64,000 bases of DNA from Hyaloraphidium curvatum SAG 235-1. Lineage: Eukaryota; Fungi; Monoblepharomycota. Shown here piece after piece: positions 10,342 through 21,315 of the stretch (position 1 is the first letter of the stretch; every line of letters begins with the position of its first letter). Location: contig JAIVFI010000025.1 in the NCBI GenBank assembly GCA_025558095.1, positions 186,001 through 250,000 of the forward strand. The letters are read 5' to 3'. Both the position numbers and the translations under genes were made by a program. The notes under the pieces are model-generated. The model worked only from the letters and a program-made list of their open reading frames with translations. It searched no databases and was not told the origin of the DNA.

Positions 10342-12433
10342 ATGGCTCTAAGATTATCGGCCCGATTATTACCTCGGTTACGCGCCGCCGCCCTGCCGCC
10401 CCTGCGGGGCCTGCGTGCGGCGCCCGCTCTCGCCGCGGCGATGCCCCGACGCGTCGCGGACTTCGCGGCGCCGTCCCCCGTCGACGCCGCCGCCACCTCG
10501 ACTACGCTGCGGGGCCTGTCGACCTCGCTCGTCGTCAAGGCCCGCAAGACGGGTGCGTCCGGATCGGGCACGATGGCCGCCGTCGCGGCGGTGTCGGACG
10601 AAGACGATTCAGTGTTAAGACATGAAATCGAAGACGAGGGCGGGGGGACACTGCGGCTGCGCAAAAGCTCGAAGCGCATGGATGAAGCCGACGAGGGCGT
10701 CGACGAGGATGTGCTGGACGAGGATGTTTCCTTTCCCGGGGTCGCGCACCTGCCCGGGGAGGCCGCACCTGCCCCGCCGCGGAACCTGCCCGCGACGCAG
10801 CTGTCGGCCCTCCAGCGCGGCCATTTGATGTTGCCAAAGCAGATCCAGGATTCGGTGCGCGGGATTCTGAAGCGGAACAAGCACCTTTTGGACGCGGGCG
10901 GCATGAAGACGGAGGTCGAGGGCATGATCACGGCGCTGGCGAGCAACAGGGTGAAAGAGGGCTTGGTAGTCGACGAGGACGGTGAAAAGAGTGGGTTTGG
11001 CTTGCCGCTTTTGCCAAAGAACTACTTCATCGAAGTTCCGCGTCCGCAGCCCGCGTGGAGCCCCATCTTCACCCTTTGAACACGGTTCCTGCTGCCTTGG
11101 CTTACGCGGCTTTCAGATTACCGGTGTCTTATGCCGCCGCGACCAACGTTTTGGGGCAGCTTGTAAGGCGGGCACCCGCCATGGCCGACGCCAGTGGCCA
11201 GGGCTGGAAGTGTCGCCGGGTCCTCGACTTCGGCTCCGGCCCGGGCACGGCAACCCTGTGAGTGACCAACTACGAGCCACTTGTTGCCCTTCCTGATTGG
11301 GTTTGTTCGGGATCGACAGGGCCCTCCAGCACCTGATCGCTGACTTGCCGACGACCAACCCTTTCGCGCACGTCTCGAACGTCTCAATAGTGGACACTTC
11401 CGACGCCATGCTGCGGGTTGCCAAGACGTTGGTGGAGCCCGTGGATGCCGAGGATCCCGTTCACGAGGAAAACCCCGCGGGCGGCCAGCTCCACTACACC
11501 TACTCGCGTTTCCTCCCAAAGTCGTCGGACAAACACGACCTCGTCATTGCGTCCTACTCGTTTGCGGAAATGGAACCCTTCAACCCGCTCTCCGAGCTCT
11601 CGGCGCTGCAGGTGGCCGTGCTCGACTCCCTGTGGAACCTCGTCGCCTCCGACGGCATGCTCGTCCTCATCGAGCGTTCCAACCCCCACGGCTTCGGCAC
11701 CATCCTCTCTGCGCGATCGCACCTCCTGGCCAAGGGAGGCGGCTTCGTCTTTGCGCCCTGCCCGCACGACAAGGCGTGCCCCCTGACGCTGCTGCCCCCC
11801 CGTTCGCCGCACCAGCGGGAATGCGGGTTCTCGCAGCAGCTCCGGACGACCGAAACCCTCCGCACCATCTCTCCGGGCCGGAATAAGGAGGTGCTGGATT
11901 CGCGGTTCAGCTACCTCGTCGTACGCCGAGGGGAGCGGCCCGCGGTCCCCAAGCCGCTCCCCGACCTGTACTCGCCCGACACCCCGCTTCGGGATCTCGA
12001 CGCCGCGTCGTTCCGCTGGCCGCGGCTGATCGTCCCGCCTTTGAAGCGCAAGGGCCACGTGATCTTCGACTGGTGCGCGCCGTCGGGGATGCTGGAGCGG
12101 GCCAGGGTGCCCAAGAGCATGGGCAAGGTCGAGTACCGCGAGGCGCGCGGCTCGCGCTGGGGCGACATGTGGCCGTGGGGATCCAAGGGCGCGGTGCAGG
12201 AGCGGGAGGTGATGAGCGAGGAGGAGCGGCGCCGCGTCGAGAAGCGCAAGGCCGCCGAGGAGAAGGCGGAGGCGGACGCGCGGAGGCCCAAGAGGGTCAA
12301 GGGCTACGTCGACTTTTACGGCAAGCACGTGCCGCGGGAGGACCTCATGCCCATGAGGGAGCTGGAGACCGAGGTGGCGTCGCGCAAGTACAGGGGCTTG
12401 AAGCGGGCCGGGCTGGGGAGGAAGAGGCTGTGA
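10342..12433 (+). CDS. RSM22: Mitochondrial small-subunit assembly factor Rsm22/METTL17
   Basis: Arg/Leu/Ala-rich presequence; VLDFGSGPGT, DLVIASY, LVLIE, APCPHDKACP..CGFSQ, WPRLIVPPLKRKGHVIFDWC, ARGSRWGDMWP. Introns near 11.03-11.08 kb and 11.26-11.32 kb. Confidence 0.92.
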
Positions 12434-12547
12434 TTTGGAACCTTCAAATGGGAAGGCTGTGTCGCGAATCTTGAAACACACGACGAAAGCAAAAGCGCTC
12501 CCATGAATGTCGTCCAAAGGTCTATTTGTTGTCGACTGTACCGCCGA

Positions 12548-14158
12548 TCATGCCAGCGCCGGCATGTCGAGTATCCGCAGGCACTGCTTGCCAATGACCT
12601 CGTTGTCCTCCTTCCAGCCCCCAGCGCCCGCAATGTGGCCCCAGCACGACTCGATGACCACCAGCTCGGCGTTTTTCATGTGGGAGACCTCGATCTCCGA
12701 GTCCTCGGGGGGAAAGTACAGGTCTCTGAAAGGCGTGGGCGGGAAACAGTTATCAGCAGGGCACAAATCACAGATCGAACCGGCTTGGCCCACGTTCGGC
12801 ACGGCATCACAATCGCCCTGCACTTGAGAGACGACAGCGCCAGCGCGTAGTCCTTCTTGTACCTGCCCGCGGATGCTTCAGCCCGGCGCCGCGCTCTGCG
12901 GCGCCGCTGTCCACCCACTCCTCCGTGTCGCTCAGGTCCATGTTCTGCCACGTCCACAGCATGCACAGCAAGTCGTTCGGATCCTGCCTGCACCAGAACG
13001 CCTCCCGCTTGCCCACGAGCCAGTCCTCCAGCCCGTTGCACCCGTGCACGGTCTCGTACAGTTTGCGGCGGAACCACTCCTGCGAAAAGGCCCAGCCCGA
13101 GTAGACCCGCGCAAAGGCGCGCATCCCGCGCTCCGGGTACAGGTTGCGCTTGTAGTACCACCCGTCGAAGAAGTCCGGGTCGGCGAGGAGCGCGGATTTG
13201 GGGCCCTCGAGGAAGACGAAGTTGTGCGGGGACGTGCGGGCCGAGCCGCAGAAGGGGAGGATGCGCTCGACGAGGTCGGGGTACATGGATGCCCTGTCGG
13301 CCGAGGGGGGTGGGTTCAGCAGGAGCCGGTACTACGTATGTCGGGCCGGGCCCACCACATGTACGACTGCTGCGCGCCCATGCTCCACCCGACCACCAGC
13401 CTCGCCTTCTTCATCCCCAGCGCCTCGCACACGATCTTTTGCGCGCGAACGTTGTCCTGGCACATGATCTTGGGGAACTTGGGCCCGTCGAACGGGAACG
13501 GCGTGTTGCTGGGGGAGCTCGACTGCCCGTTGCCAAACATGCAGAGGGTGACGACGAAGTTCTGCTCCGGCCGGAGGTACTCGACCAGCCATTCGTTGTC
13601 CTGCCAGGTGCCGGCGTAGCTGGTGGTGGAGGCGCGCTGGGATCAGCTTTCCGCTCGCGGGACTGATCTCGGCCCCGAATGAAGCCCGGCGCCGTCCGAA
13701 ACCCGCAGTCCCGATCCTCCGCGTTTCGAATCGCGCTCATCCAGCGCGAAAGCGGGGTCATCCCCGGTCCCCACGCGCCTCTCGGCCCCAATCGCGTCCG
13801 CCACTCCCCGACCGCGTACCACGGCTTCGCACGCGCCCTACGCCCTTTCTCCCCCCAAGCACCCGCATCGCAACCCTCCCCGATCAAAAGCACCGCCGAC
13901 ACCCACCAAGACGGGATAACGACCACTGCCGCCCCACCACAAACATACCAGGCACGGCAACGCGTCCCGTAAGCTCCCATCGCCCATCCCGTGCGCGGGA
14001 AACGCACCATTGTCGCCCGCCGCGTTCACCTCCCCCCACGTCTTGAAGACCACCTTGGCATCGGGGATGCGGCCGCCACGGAGGAGGGTAAAGTCGCCGA
14101 GGTGGAAGGTGGAGGAGCCGTCGGCGTTGGGTGTTATCTGGGGGGAGTTGGCGGCCAT
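12548..14158 (-). CDS. Homoserine O-acetyltransferase-family alpha/beta hydrolase
   Basis: FHLGDFTL..KTWGEVN, MFGNGQSSSPSN, nucleophile elbow VGWSMGAQQ, DLYFPPED and WGHIAG. Several introns and a 19-nt micro-exon (13907-13925). Confidence 0.88.
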
Positions 14159-14420
14159 CGTGGGGCGGGGGCCGCGGGGCGGGGGGATGGGAGGGGCGGG
14201 AAGGGGGTGGAGGGGCGGGAAGACGGTTCGATGGCAGCAGAGAGGGTGGGATATCGCTCGATAATCGTTCGATGATCGTGACGCTCGTCCCGCTGGTTTG
14301 ATCGGGCGATCGGAGGCGCCGTCACATTGGGCCTCGTCGGCCCGCTACAAAGGCAGCCAGGACCGCGACCGTCGATCCTCATCCTCAACAAGAAACGCAA
14401 CCCACGCACCGCGGGACCGA

Positions 14421-15696
14421 TCATGCCGCCACCCTCCTCGCCTCCCTCAGCTCCCTCTCCAGCGCCTCCTCCTCCTCCTCGAGCTCCCTCAGCCGCCTGA
14501 GTATCTCGGCGCGGTCCATGTCGGCCTTGCTCGCCGGTTCCGGCGAGGCGGGCGCGGGACCGACGATCTCGGCCGCGGCGGGCTTGGGTGGGAAGGCGAG
14601 GGGGAGGGGCAGCGAGTTCTCCTTGCCTCCAACGGGCCCGTTGTCGCCGGCACGGGTACGGGAGCGCGTGGCGCGGGGTTCGAGGGGTGCGGGGGCGGGG
14701 CGGGGGCGGAGGGAGCGGGTGGGGCGGGGTTCGAGGGGGGGGGGGGCGGACGGGTCGGGAGCGGGTTCGGGAGCTGCAATCTCCGAGGCGTCGACGGTCG
14801 GTTCTAGAACGACGTGTCAGATGATCCTGCCATAGCAACGTGCGCGGGAACGGCCCACCAAAGAGCACCCTCCCCCCGCCCTCCATCTCCGCCACCGCGG
14901 CCCCCAGCCTCCTCGCGCTCCGCGCCTGCCTCTCCCGCGGCGTCTCGGGGTCCAGCACGCCCCTGCCCGGCGTCCGCGGGGCGCCGGCGTTGCGGCCGAG
15001 GTACCCTTCGATGGCACGGTTGAGCTTGCTCATGGGCTGCGGGGCGGCGTGCTGGGTGTGGGAGGGTTGCGAGAGCTGGGAGGACTGCGACGCCTGCGAG
15101 GCCTGCGATGCCGGGGCGGCGTCCGAACCCTGCGACGACGACGGGTCGCCACCCTCGAACAGCATCTTGGGCTTCTTTGGCATGCGCACGGCGCCCGAGT
15201 AGATGGACGCGCGCTTGTCGATCGTCCGCCTCGCCGTGGTCGGCGCCTCCCTGCGCACAGTCGTCGGGGGCGGCAGCTGCGCCGGGGGGGCCGCGGGGCG
15301 TGTCGCACGCCGGGCTGCACCGCCGAGCAGCGTGGGTCTGCCCGTAGTCGCGGGTTCTGCGAGGATGGCACGCAGCGACGCTGTTTCCTGACGGAAACCG
15401 GGCGGGCGGTGCGGAGCGGCGGCCGGTTTGCGCACGGGGGCGCGTGCGGCGGGGGCGGTGCGGCCGAGGGAGGATTGGAAGGTGAATCGGGGCGCCGCGG
15501 CGGTTGTCTGGCCGGCGGGGGGAGCCGAGGGCGCGGCAGGAGCAGGGGCAGGATGGGCAGGCCGGGTTTGGGCCGGGCGTGCGGGGGCAGCCGGAGGCGA
15601 CGGCCTCACTGGCGCCTTCACGGCCACCCGCTGAGACACCAACGGCTTCGCCTGCGACCGCGCCTGGAACGGGCGAGCGGGCCGCGGCGGCGGCAT
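14421..15696 (-). CDS. Hypothetical Pro/Ala-rich disordered protein with a C-terminal coiled coil
   Basis: ORF MPPPRPARPF...; probable intron ~14805-14860; last exon ends DRAEILRRLRELEEEEEALERELREARRVAA*. Confidence 0.6.
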
Positions 15697-17608
15697 GTTG
15701 TCCAACCGCGGGATCCGCGAGTCCCCCGCGCCGGCAACGAAGCGCTGAGAATGAATCCCGTTACCAACGCCGCCAACCGCGGACCGTGCGGAAGAATCAG
15801 CGTGCCGCGAGGAGGAGGCCGAGGGGCCGGCGGCGCCCGGGGAGGTGCGCGGGCGGGCGGGGGGCGCGGCGGGGCGCGCGGGCGCCGCGGGCCGCGGGGC
15901 CGGGCGGGCCGCTCCGGGGCGGTTCCTGCGAATTGCGGCGTCATTTAACTGGCATCTTGTTCCGGGCAGACGAGGCGGAGAGAGCTCCTACATGGGGATA
16001 CGGCGTCGGCGAATTCAGCGTGTGTTGCGAGAAGGTCAGTAGTCAAAATCGATGATTGCGAGCTACGAATCTGGTCTCCCTGGCCTCGCCTAGGCTGCGC
16101 TGCAAGCTTCTCCATTGCCGAAAAATGCTCGGATCTCTCCGAACCGTGTCGTGGTGCCCTCACATCAAGGGGCGTCTCCGTTGTGCTGGCGATTGAGTCA
16201 GGAGCCTGGAAGCCGCCGAATCCTGGCGACAGCCCGCCCCGGAGTCACCCAGGTGACTTCAGCTCTCGATTGAATCCACCTGCGCGGTCGTGGTTCGCCC
16301 TGGCGCTACGTGGCGGATTACAGGCGTCCCGACTGCGCTCGACGGCGCATCGGACAGCGAGCTCCGGACGACGAATCCCGCGCACCTCGCGCAGAGGAAT
16401 GGTCGGAGAGTCATTTTTTTCCTTCAATTTCGATAGGGCACAGGCGTCAGGGGAACCCCAACGTTTCGGGTGCCGTCCCGGTGATCGGTGACGACGGGCA
16501 ACGCGGCTTTCTCACCACTCCCGCATGCACCGCCATCCCCGAGCAGTCGATCCGGAGTTCAGCTTTCCTCGGCCCTCGCGCACATTGATCGCGTCGATGC
16601 TATCCCGGCCTCGCCGCCCCGCCGCGTCCCCGCGCGCGGCCCGCCATCCGCTCGCGCGACTTCACCCACGCGAAGTCAACCTCCCCGCGACCCTTGACTC
16701 CACTTTCCGGTTTACCCTCTCCAGCCGCCGTCGCTCGAGGAGCCGGAGGCGTCACGCGCGAATAATCGGACCGCCGCCTACGTGGCACCAGCCGCGCGGT
16801 GCGAAGGAACTCCCGGCCCGCCGAGCCGGACCTCCCACCCGCGACTACCGCTCCGCACCGGGGGAGGACCTTAGCCATGTGGATCTCCCATTTTTTTGCG
16901 GCGGCGGTTCGGACGCCCCCGGGAAATCGGCAAATCGGCCCCGCGAGCGATTTCCGCCCCGCCGCAGCCGAACCGCCGCCCGCCCGCCGACCGGGGTCCC
17001 GGCCGACCGGGCGGCCACCGCCCGGGCGTCGGAGAGCGGCTGCGGCGCGGACGCAGGACCGCCCGTGCGAGGGGATGCCGGCCCGCCGCCTCCCGGTGTC
17101 CGCATCCGGACCCGCGGCCCGCATCGGCTGCCGGGGGTTGCGGGGAGGCGGCCGGGAGACGCGCGGGGAGCGGCGCGACCGGGTGCATGGGCGGAATGTG
17201 CGTACTTTGCGAGCTTTGGGATGCGCGGCATGCTGCCGTTCCGACATTTTCTCGGGGGCAGCGGGCCGCAACAAGGAGGACGCCTGGAGCCAGCCAGCGT
17301 GAAAGCCAAGTGCCGTTTCTGCCGGGGATCGTCGACGTGCGATTTCGGGCCTGCTCCAGCCTTGCAGCCCGCCAAACGCCTGCTGATAAGGTGGAGTAAT
17401 CCGCCCGGCCGTGGCCTCGCATGCCTTTGGCGGGCCGTGCGCGCTCAGGGGCCTCAAAGGTTACGTCATTGCTCTGGACAAAAAGAGGCGACAGGGATCT
17501 ACGAGCCGCTGGTCCGGCCACGGCCACCGGGGACCCTGCCCGCGGACATTCGGCCACCCCCTCTCGCGCCGCGGCCGACTCGGCCACCCTCCCCCACGGC
17601 ACACTCAT

Positions 17609-19825
17609 ATGGTGCCCGCAGCGATGCCCGTGGCCGAGCCACCGCGGCCTTCCTGCAGCGTATGTTCTCAAATGAAGACCAAATGTGTCTACACGGACTC
17701 GCAGGGACCGTGCCAGCGGTGCTCGCGGCTGTCGCGGGCGTGCGCGCCGCCGGACGGGACGCTCAGCAGGCGCAAGCGCGAGAAGCTGCGGCGGGCACAG
17801 CGGGCGGCCGCCGCGCCGGCGGGCTCCGGCAGCGGGGATTCCAACTCGCCGTCGCCCCCGCCGTCGGCCGGGCCCCCGCCGCTCTCCCTCCCGGCACCCT
17901 CGCCGCGCGCCCCGGCATCGGGCGTCGACGTCCTCGCCGCCGCGGCTTTCGGATGGGCCGACGCCACCCCCGCGCCGCCGCCGGCGGCTTCCCCCTGGCC
18001 CTCGCACGCCTCGCTGGCACCGCTGCCCGGGCTCAGCGGCTCGCTCGGCCCCGCCCCTCCCTCCCCCGGGCCCTTCATGTCGGGCGGCCTCGCGCCCCGG
18101 GCCACCCCGCTCCTCGGGCTCGCCACCGCAACCGGACCCTCTCCCTCGCAGGGGATCGGTTTCGCCCCCGGCTTCGTCGCCCGCGTGCCCCGATCGCACA
18201 TCTCGCCCGACGCCCCGCACAAAGACGTCCTCCTGCAGGCCCTGATCGGCTACTGGGCCTGCATGCACCGCCTCAACCCGCTGGTTCACAGGGGCTGCTT
18301 CGAGCGCGCCTTCCTGCCCGGCCCGCACAGCCCCGTGTACGGGCGCAACCCGCCCGAGGCGCTCCTGTACGCCCTCGCGGCCAACGGCACCCGCTTCGCT
18401 CTGCTCCCGGGCCTCTCGGACGCCGAGCGGCTGCGCTGCGGCAAGGCCCTCTGCGAGCGCGCCCGGGACGCCGTGCTGGCGGGGTACTACGGCCACGAGG
18501 AGGGCCACCGCACCATGACCGACTTTGAGGCGCTGCAGACGCTCTTCATGATGCACTCGTTCTGGGTGCCCTACGGCACGTCGGCGCAGGCGCGCCCGCT
18601 GCTGGAGCGCTTGGTCGAGGTCGGTCGCAAGCTGCGGAAGCGCACGCTGTGGTTCTCCGCTCGGGTGCCTGCCACGGGCACCGAGTGGATCATGGACGAG
18701 ATGGTCGGCCGCGGCTGGATCTCGGTCGCCATCACGGACCTCAGCCTTGCCTACGCCGGGTTCGGCACGCAGGAAAACGACTATTTCGCCGGCCCGTTCT
18801 TCGTCCCGTGCAACGAGCAGTACTTTGACATGGACTCGCAGGACGAGGCCTTTGGTCTGCTGTGCGAGCGGTACGGGCCCACGGCCGCCTGCGCCTCGAT
18901 CGACCTCGCCCCGCTCCTGGACCCGGCCACCGACCCCGCCGCGCGCGCGGGCATCATGCGGGACCTGGTCGGCCCCACATTTTACGGGAGGGCGAGCCTG
19001 CTCACGATGGTGCTGGCCAACACCGTCTTCCGCGAGCTGCGCCTGCGCATGCGGGCCATCGTGGACCGGGACGCTATCGACCCCGCGACGCTGCTGGTCC
19101 GCGGGGCGGCGCAGGACTCCCCCGCCGAGGCGGCTTACCGCCGCCTGGCGCTGCACTGCGACTCGCTTCTCGCGGACCTCTACTCGTCGTTCCCCCAGGA
19201 GCTCGGCACCGCCCTCGCCATCGGCGACCCGGACCCTTTCTTCCGCGCCTGGCCCGCCTACTTCGGGGACCTCGGCTGCGCCCACGCCTTCTTCTCGTCC
19301 TGCACCATCGCCCACTTCTTCCACCTCGAGAACCACCTCGTCGGCCGCGGAATGCCCCCGGCCTCGGTGCTGGCGCACCCCGCCGCCCAGGGCGCCCTCG
19401 GCGCGGCGTCGGCGCTGCTCCGCCTGCTGGGCGGGCAGCTCGCCGACGACCCGGCGCTGCGGTGGACCCACTTCAACCTGCACTTTGTCGTCCTGCGGAC
19501 GGGGTACCTGCTCGTGCGGGCGCTTGAGGTGGTGCCGGCCGCGGCGAGGACGCTGATCGAGAACGAGGTCAGGTTCGTGGCCAGGGTGCTGGGGCTCATG
19601 GGACGGACGCTGCAGCCAATGGGTGGGTCGACCTTTCTTGCCCGTTGTTCTGGCACCGGTCTGACGCGTTTCTCGCTTTCCGCAGGGCCGAAGCTGGCGC
19701 GCGAGTTTGCGATCGCGGCCGCGGACGTGGGTGTCCTTGCGAACGGGGGCGAGATCGCCGTGCTAGATCACTGGGACGTGCCGGCGTGGATGCCGGAGGT
19801 CGCGGCCGTCCCGCAGGAGGCGTAG
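17609..19825 (+). CDS. Zn(II)2Cys6 fungal transcription factor with middle-homology region
   Basis: CSVCSQMKTKC-x8-CQRCSRLSRAC; YWACMHRLNPLVHRGCF, ALQTLFMM, EMVGRGWISVAITD. Probable short intron ~19623-19685. Confidence 0.9.
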   Translation: MVPAAMPVAEPPRPSCSVCSQMKTKCVYTDSQGPCQRCSRLSRACAPPDGTLSRRKREKLRRAQRAAAAPAGSGSGDSNSPSPPPSAGPPPLSLPAPSPRAPASGVDVLAAAAFGWADATPAPPPAASPWPSHASLAPLPGLSGSLGPAPPSPGPFMSGGLAPRATPLLGLATATGPSPSQGIGFAPGFVARVPRSHISPDAPHKDVLLQALIGYWACMHRLNPLVHRGCFERAFLPGPHSPVYGRNPPEALLYALAANGTRFALLPGLSDAERLRCGKALCERARDAVLAGYYGHEEGHRTMTDFEALQTLFMMHSFWVPYGTSAQARPLLERLVEVGRKLRKRTLWFSARVPATGTEWIMDEMVGRGWISVAITDLSLAYAGFGTQENDYFAGPFFVPCNEQYFDMDSQDEAFGLLCERYGPTAACASIDLAPLLDPATDPAARAGIMRDLVGPTFYGRASLLTMVLANTVFRELRLRMRAIVDRDAIDPATLLVRGAAQDSPAEAAYRRLALHCDSLLADLYSSFPQELGTALAIGDPDPFFRAWPAYFGDLGCAHAFFSSCTIAHFFHLENHLVGRGMPPASVLAHPAAQGALGAASALLRLLGGQLADDPALRWTHFNLHFVVLRTGYLLVRALEVVPAAARTLIENEVRFVARVLGLMGRTLQPMGGSTFLARCSGTGLTRFSLSAGPKLAREFAIAAADVGVLANGGEIAVLDHWDVPAWMPEVAAVPQEA

Positions 19826-20072
19826 CCGTTCTGCACCACGAGGCGGGGAGTTGGCCTGTTTCCATCAACGGCACATGTCTGTTGCTCGAATTGAATTGGA
19901 TTGCTGGTCACGCTGTCATCTGCGAACAGGCTTTCAGACGTTGATGCCACGTTGATGCCACGCTTTCGTCGATGGAACCCGCCACCTGTGCTGTGCTCCC
20001 GAAATCCGCATCGCGGCATCTCGCAGCCAGCCGCCGAATCGCCCATCAGTTGTGCGGTGGAAGCGCGCCGCG

Positions 20073-21030
20073 ATGACGGCCCATCTCGCCGCTTTCCTGT
20101 CCTGCATCGGGCTGAAGAGACCCGAGCATTCCAAAGTCTTCTTTGTCGGGCAGGACTGCGCCGGGAAGACCACCCTTCTGTACCGACTCAAGTTGCCCGA
20201 GCAGGACATCGTGAGGACCATCCCGACACTCGGTTTCAACGTCGAGTACGTGCGAGTACGGTCGCCTGCCGGCGCGAGAGACTTCGTGATTTGGGACGTC
20301 GGCGGTAGCGGCAAGATGAGGTCGCTGTGGAAGCACTACTTTGAGGGCACGGAACTTGTCGTGTTCTTTGCCGCCGGCGAGGGTTGCTGCGCCGGACGGG
20401 CGGAGGAAGTGAGCTCAATGCTCGCGGAGCTGGCCGAGGACGAAAGTGTGTGCTCCAAGCCGTTCCTCGTCCTGGTCACCAAGCAGGACCTACCTGGAGC
20501 TGCCGGGCCAGACGAGTTTCGGCGTGTGCATGCGAAGGACCTGCAGAAGTTTCCGGTGATGCCACCGGTTCTCGGCATCTCCGTGACCACGCGGCAGGGC
20601 TTCGACGAGCTGGCTTCCTACATGGTGGAAGCTTGCAGCGGCAAACAGAACGGCGTCAGCTCACCAGCTGGGGACACCGAACGTTGCTTCGGTTGATGTG
20701 GACGGTCGTCACCGCCGCGAACGTGAAGGGAAGGCGGAGAGCGGAAGCTGTGGACGAACTCTTTGAGCTACTGCGGGGCCAGCAAGCCGGTGCTTCAACT
20801 TGCGGCTCGCCTACTTCTGGATGCACATGGTGTGCCTGGCGTGAGCCAGCGGTCCTCGCGGATGCTCTTTCGACTATGCTGTCGGCTCGCTCCGCAAGGG
20901 GTACGATCTGGAGGATGCTCGATTGTGGAAGAAGTTCTAATCGGATGCCGCCATGTTTGCAGAACCTACGGACTCGATGACGTTCCCGGACAAGCGGCCG
21001 CCTCCGAGCACGGTTGCGAAGCAGTGACGG
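20073..21030 (+). pseudogene. Deleted tandem paralog of the Arf-fusion gene: intact Arf ORF 20073-20696 plus an out-of-frame relic of the C-terminal repeat
   Basis: Co-linear with 21316-22896 apart from a deletion equal to 21897-22521 of the full copy. GQDCAGKT, WDVGGS, TKQD. Confidence 0.75.
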
Positions 21031-21315
21031 AACCAAGTCAGCCTCATGTATCGAGAATTAGAAACAACGATCTGCTGTCATACACGTTACCACCAATTGC
21101 GTAGCTCTCTTCCTGCTGCTTGAATCTCATTGGATTGCTGGTCACGATTTCCACAGCGGGCGTTCGTTTGTATATAAGTCTGTTCCAGTGGTCGCGTGTC
21201 GAGAAGCGCCACGCCACCTGTGTTTCCCCCAAATCCGCATCGTGGCATCTCGCAGCCCGCGGCCGAATCGCTCATCAAGTTCTGCGGCGGAAGCGTCCAC
21301 GACCTTCGTGCCACG

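Noticed and set aside
12548-14158. MET2 gene symbol
   Set aside because: Has GWSMG and a PSxYAG motif rather than the Met2 HALT/GGSMGG; substrate uncertain.
16525-18528. 667-aa plus-strand ORF
   Set aside because: Low-complexity translation overlapping the Zn2Cys6 gene in another frame.
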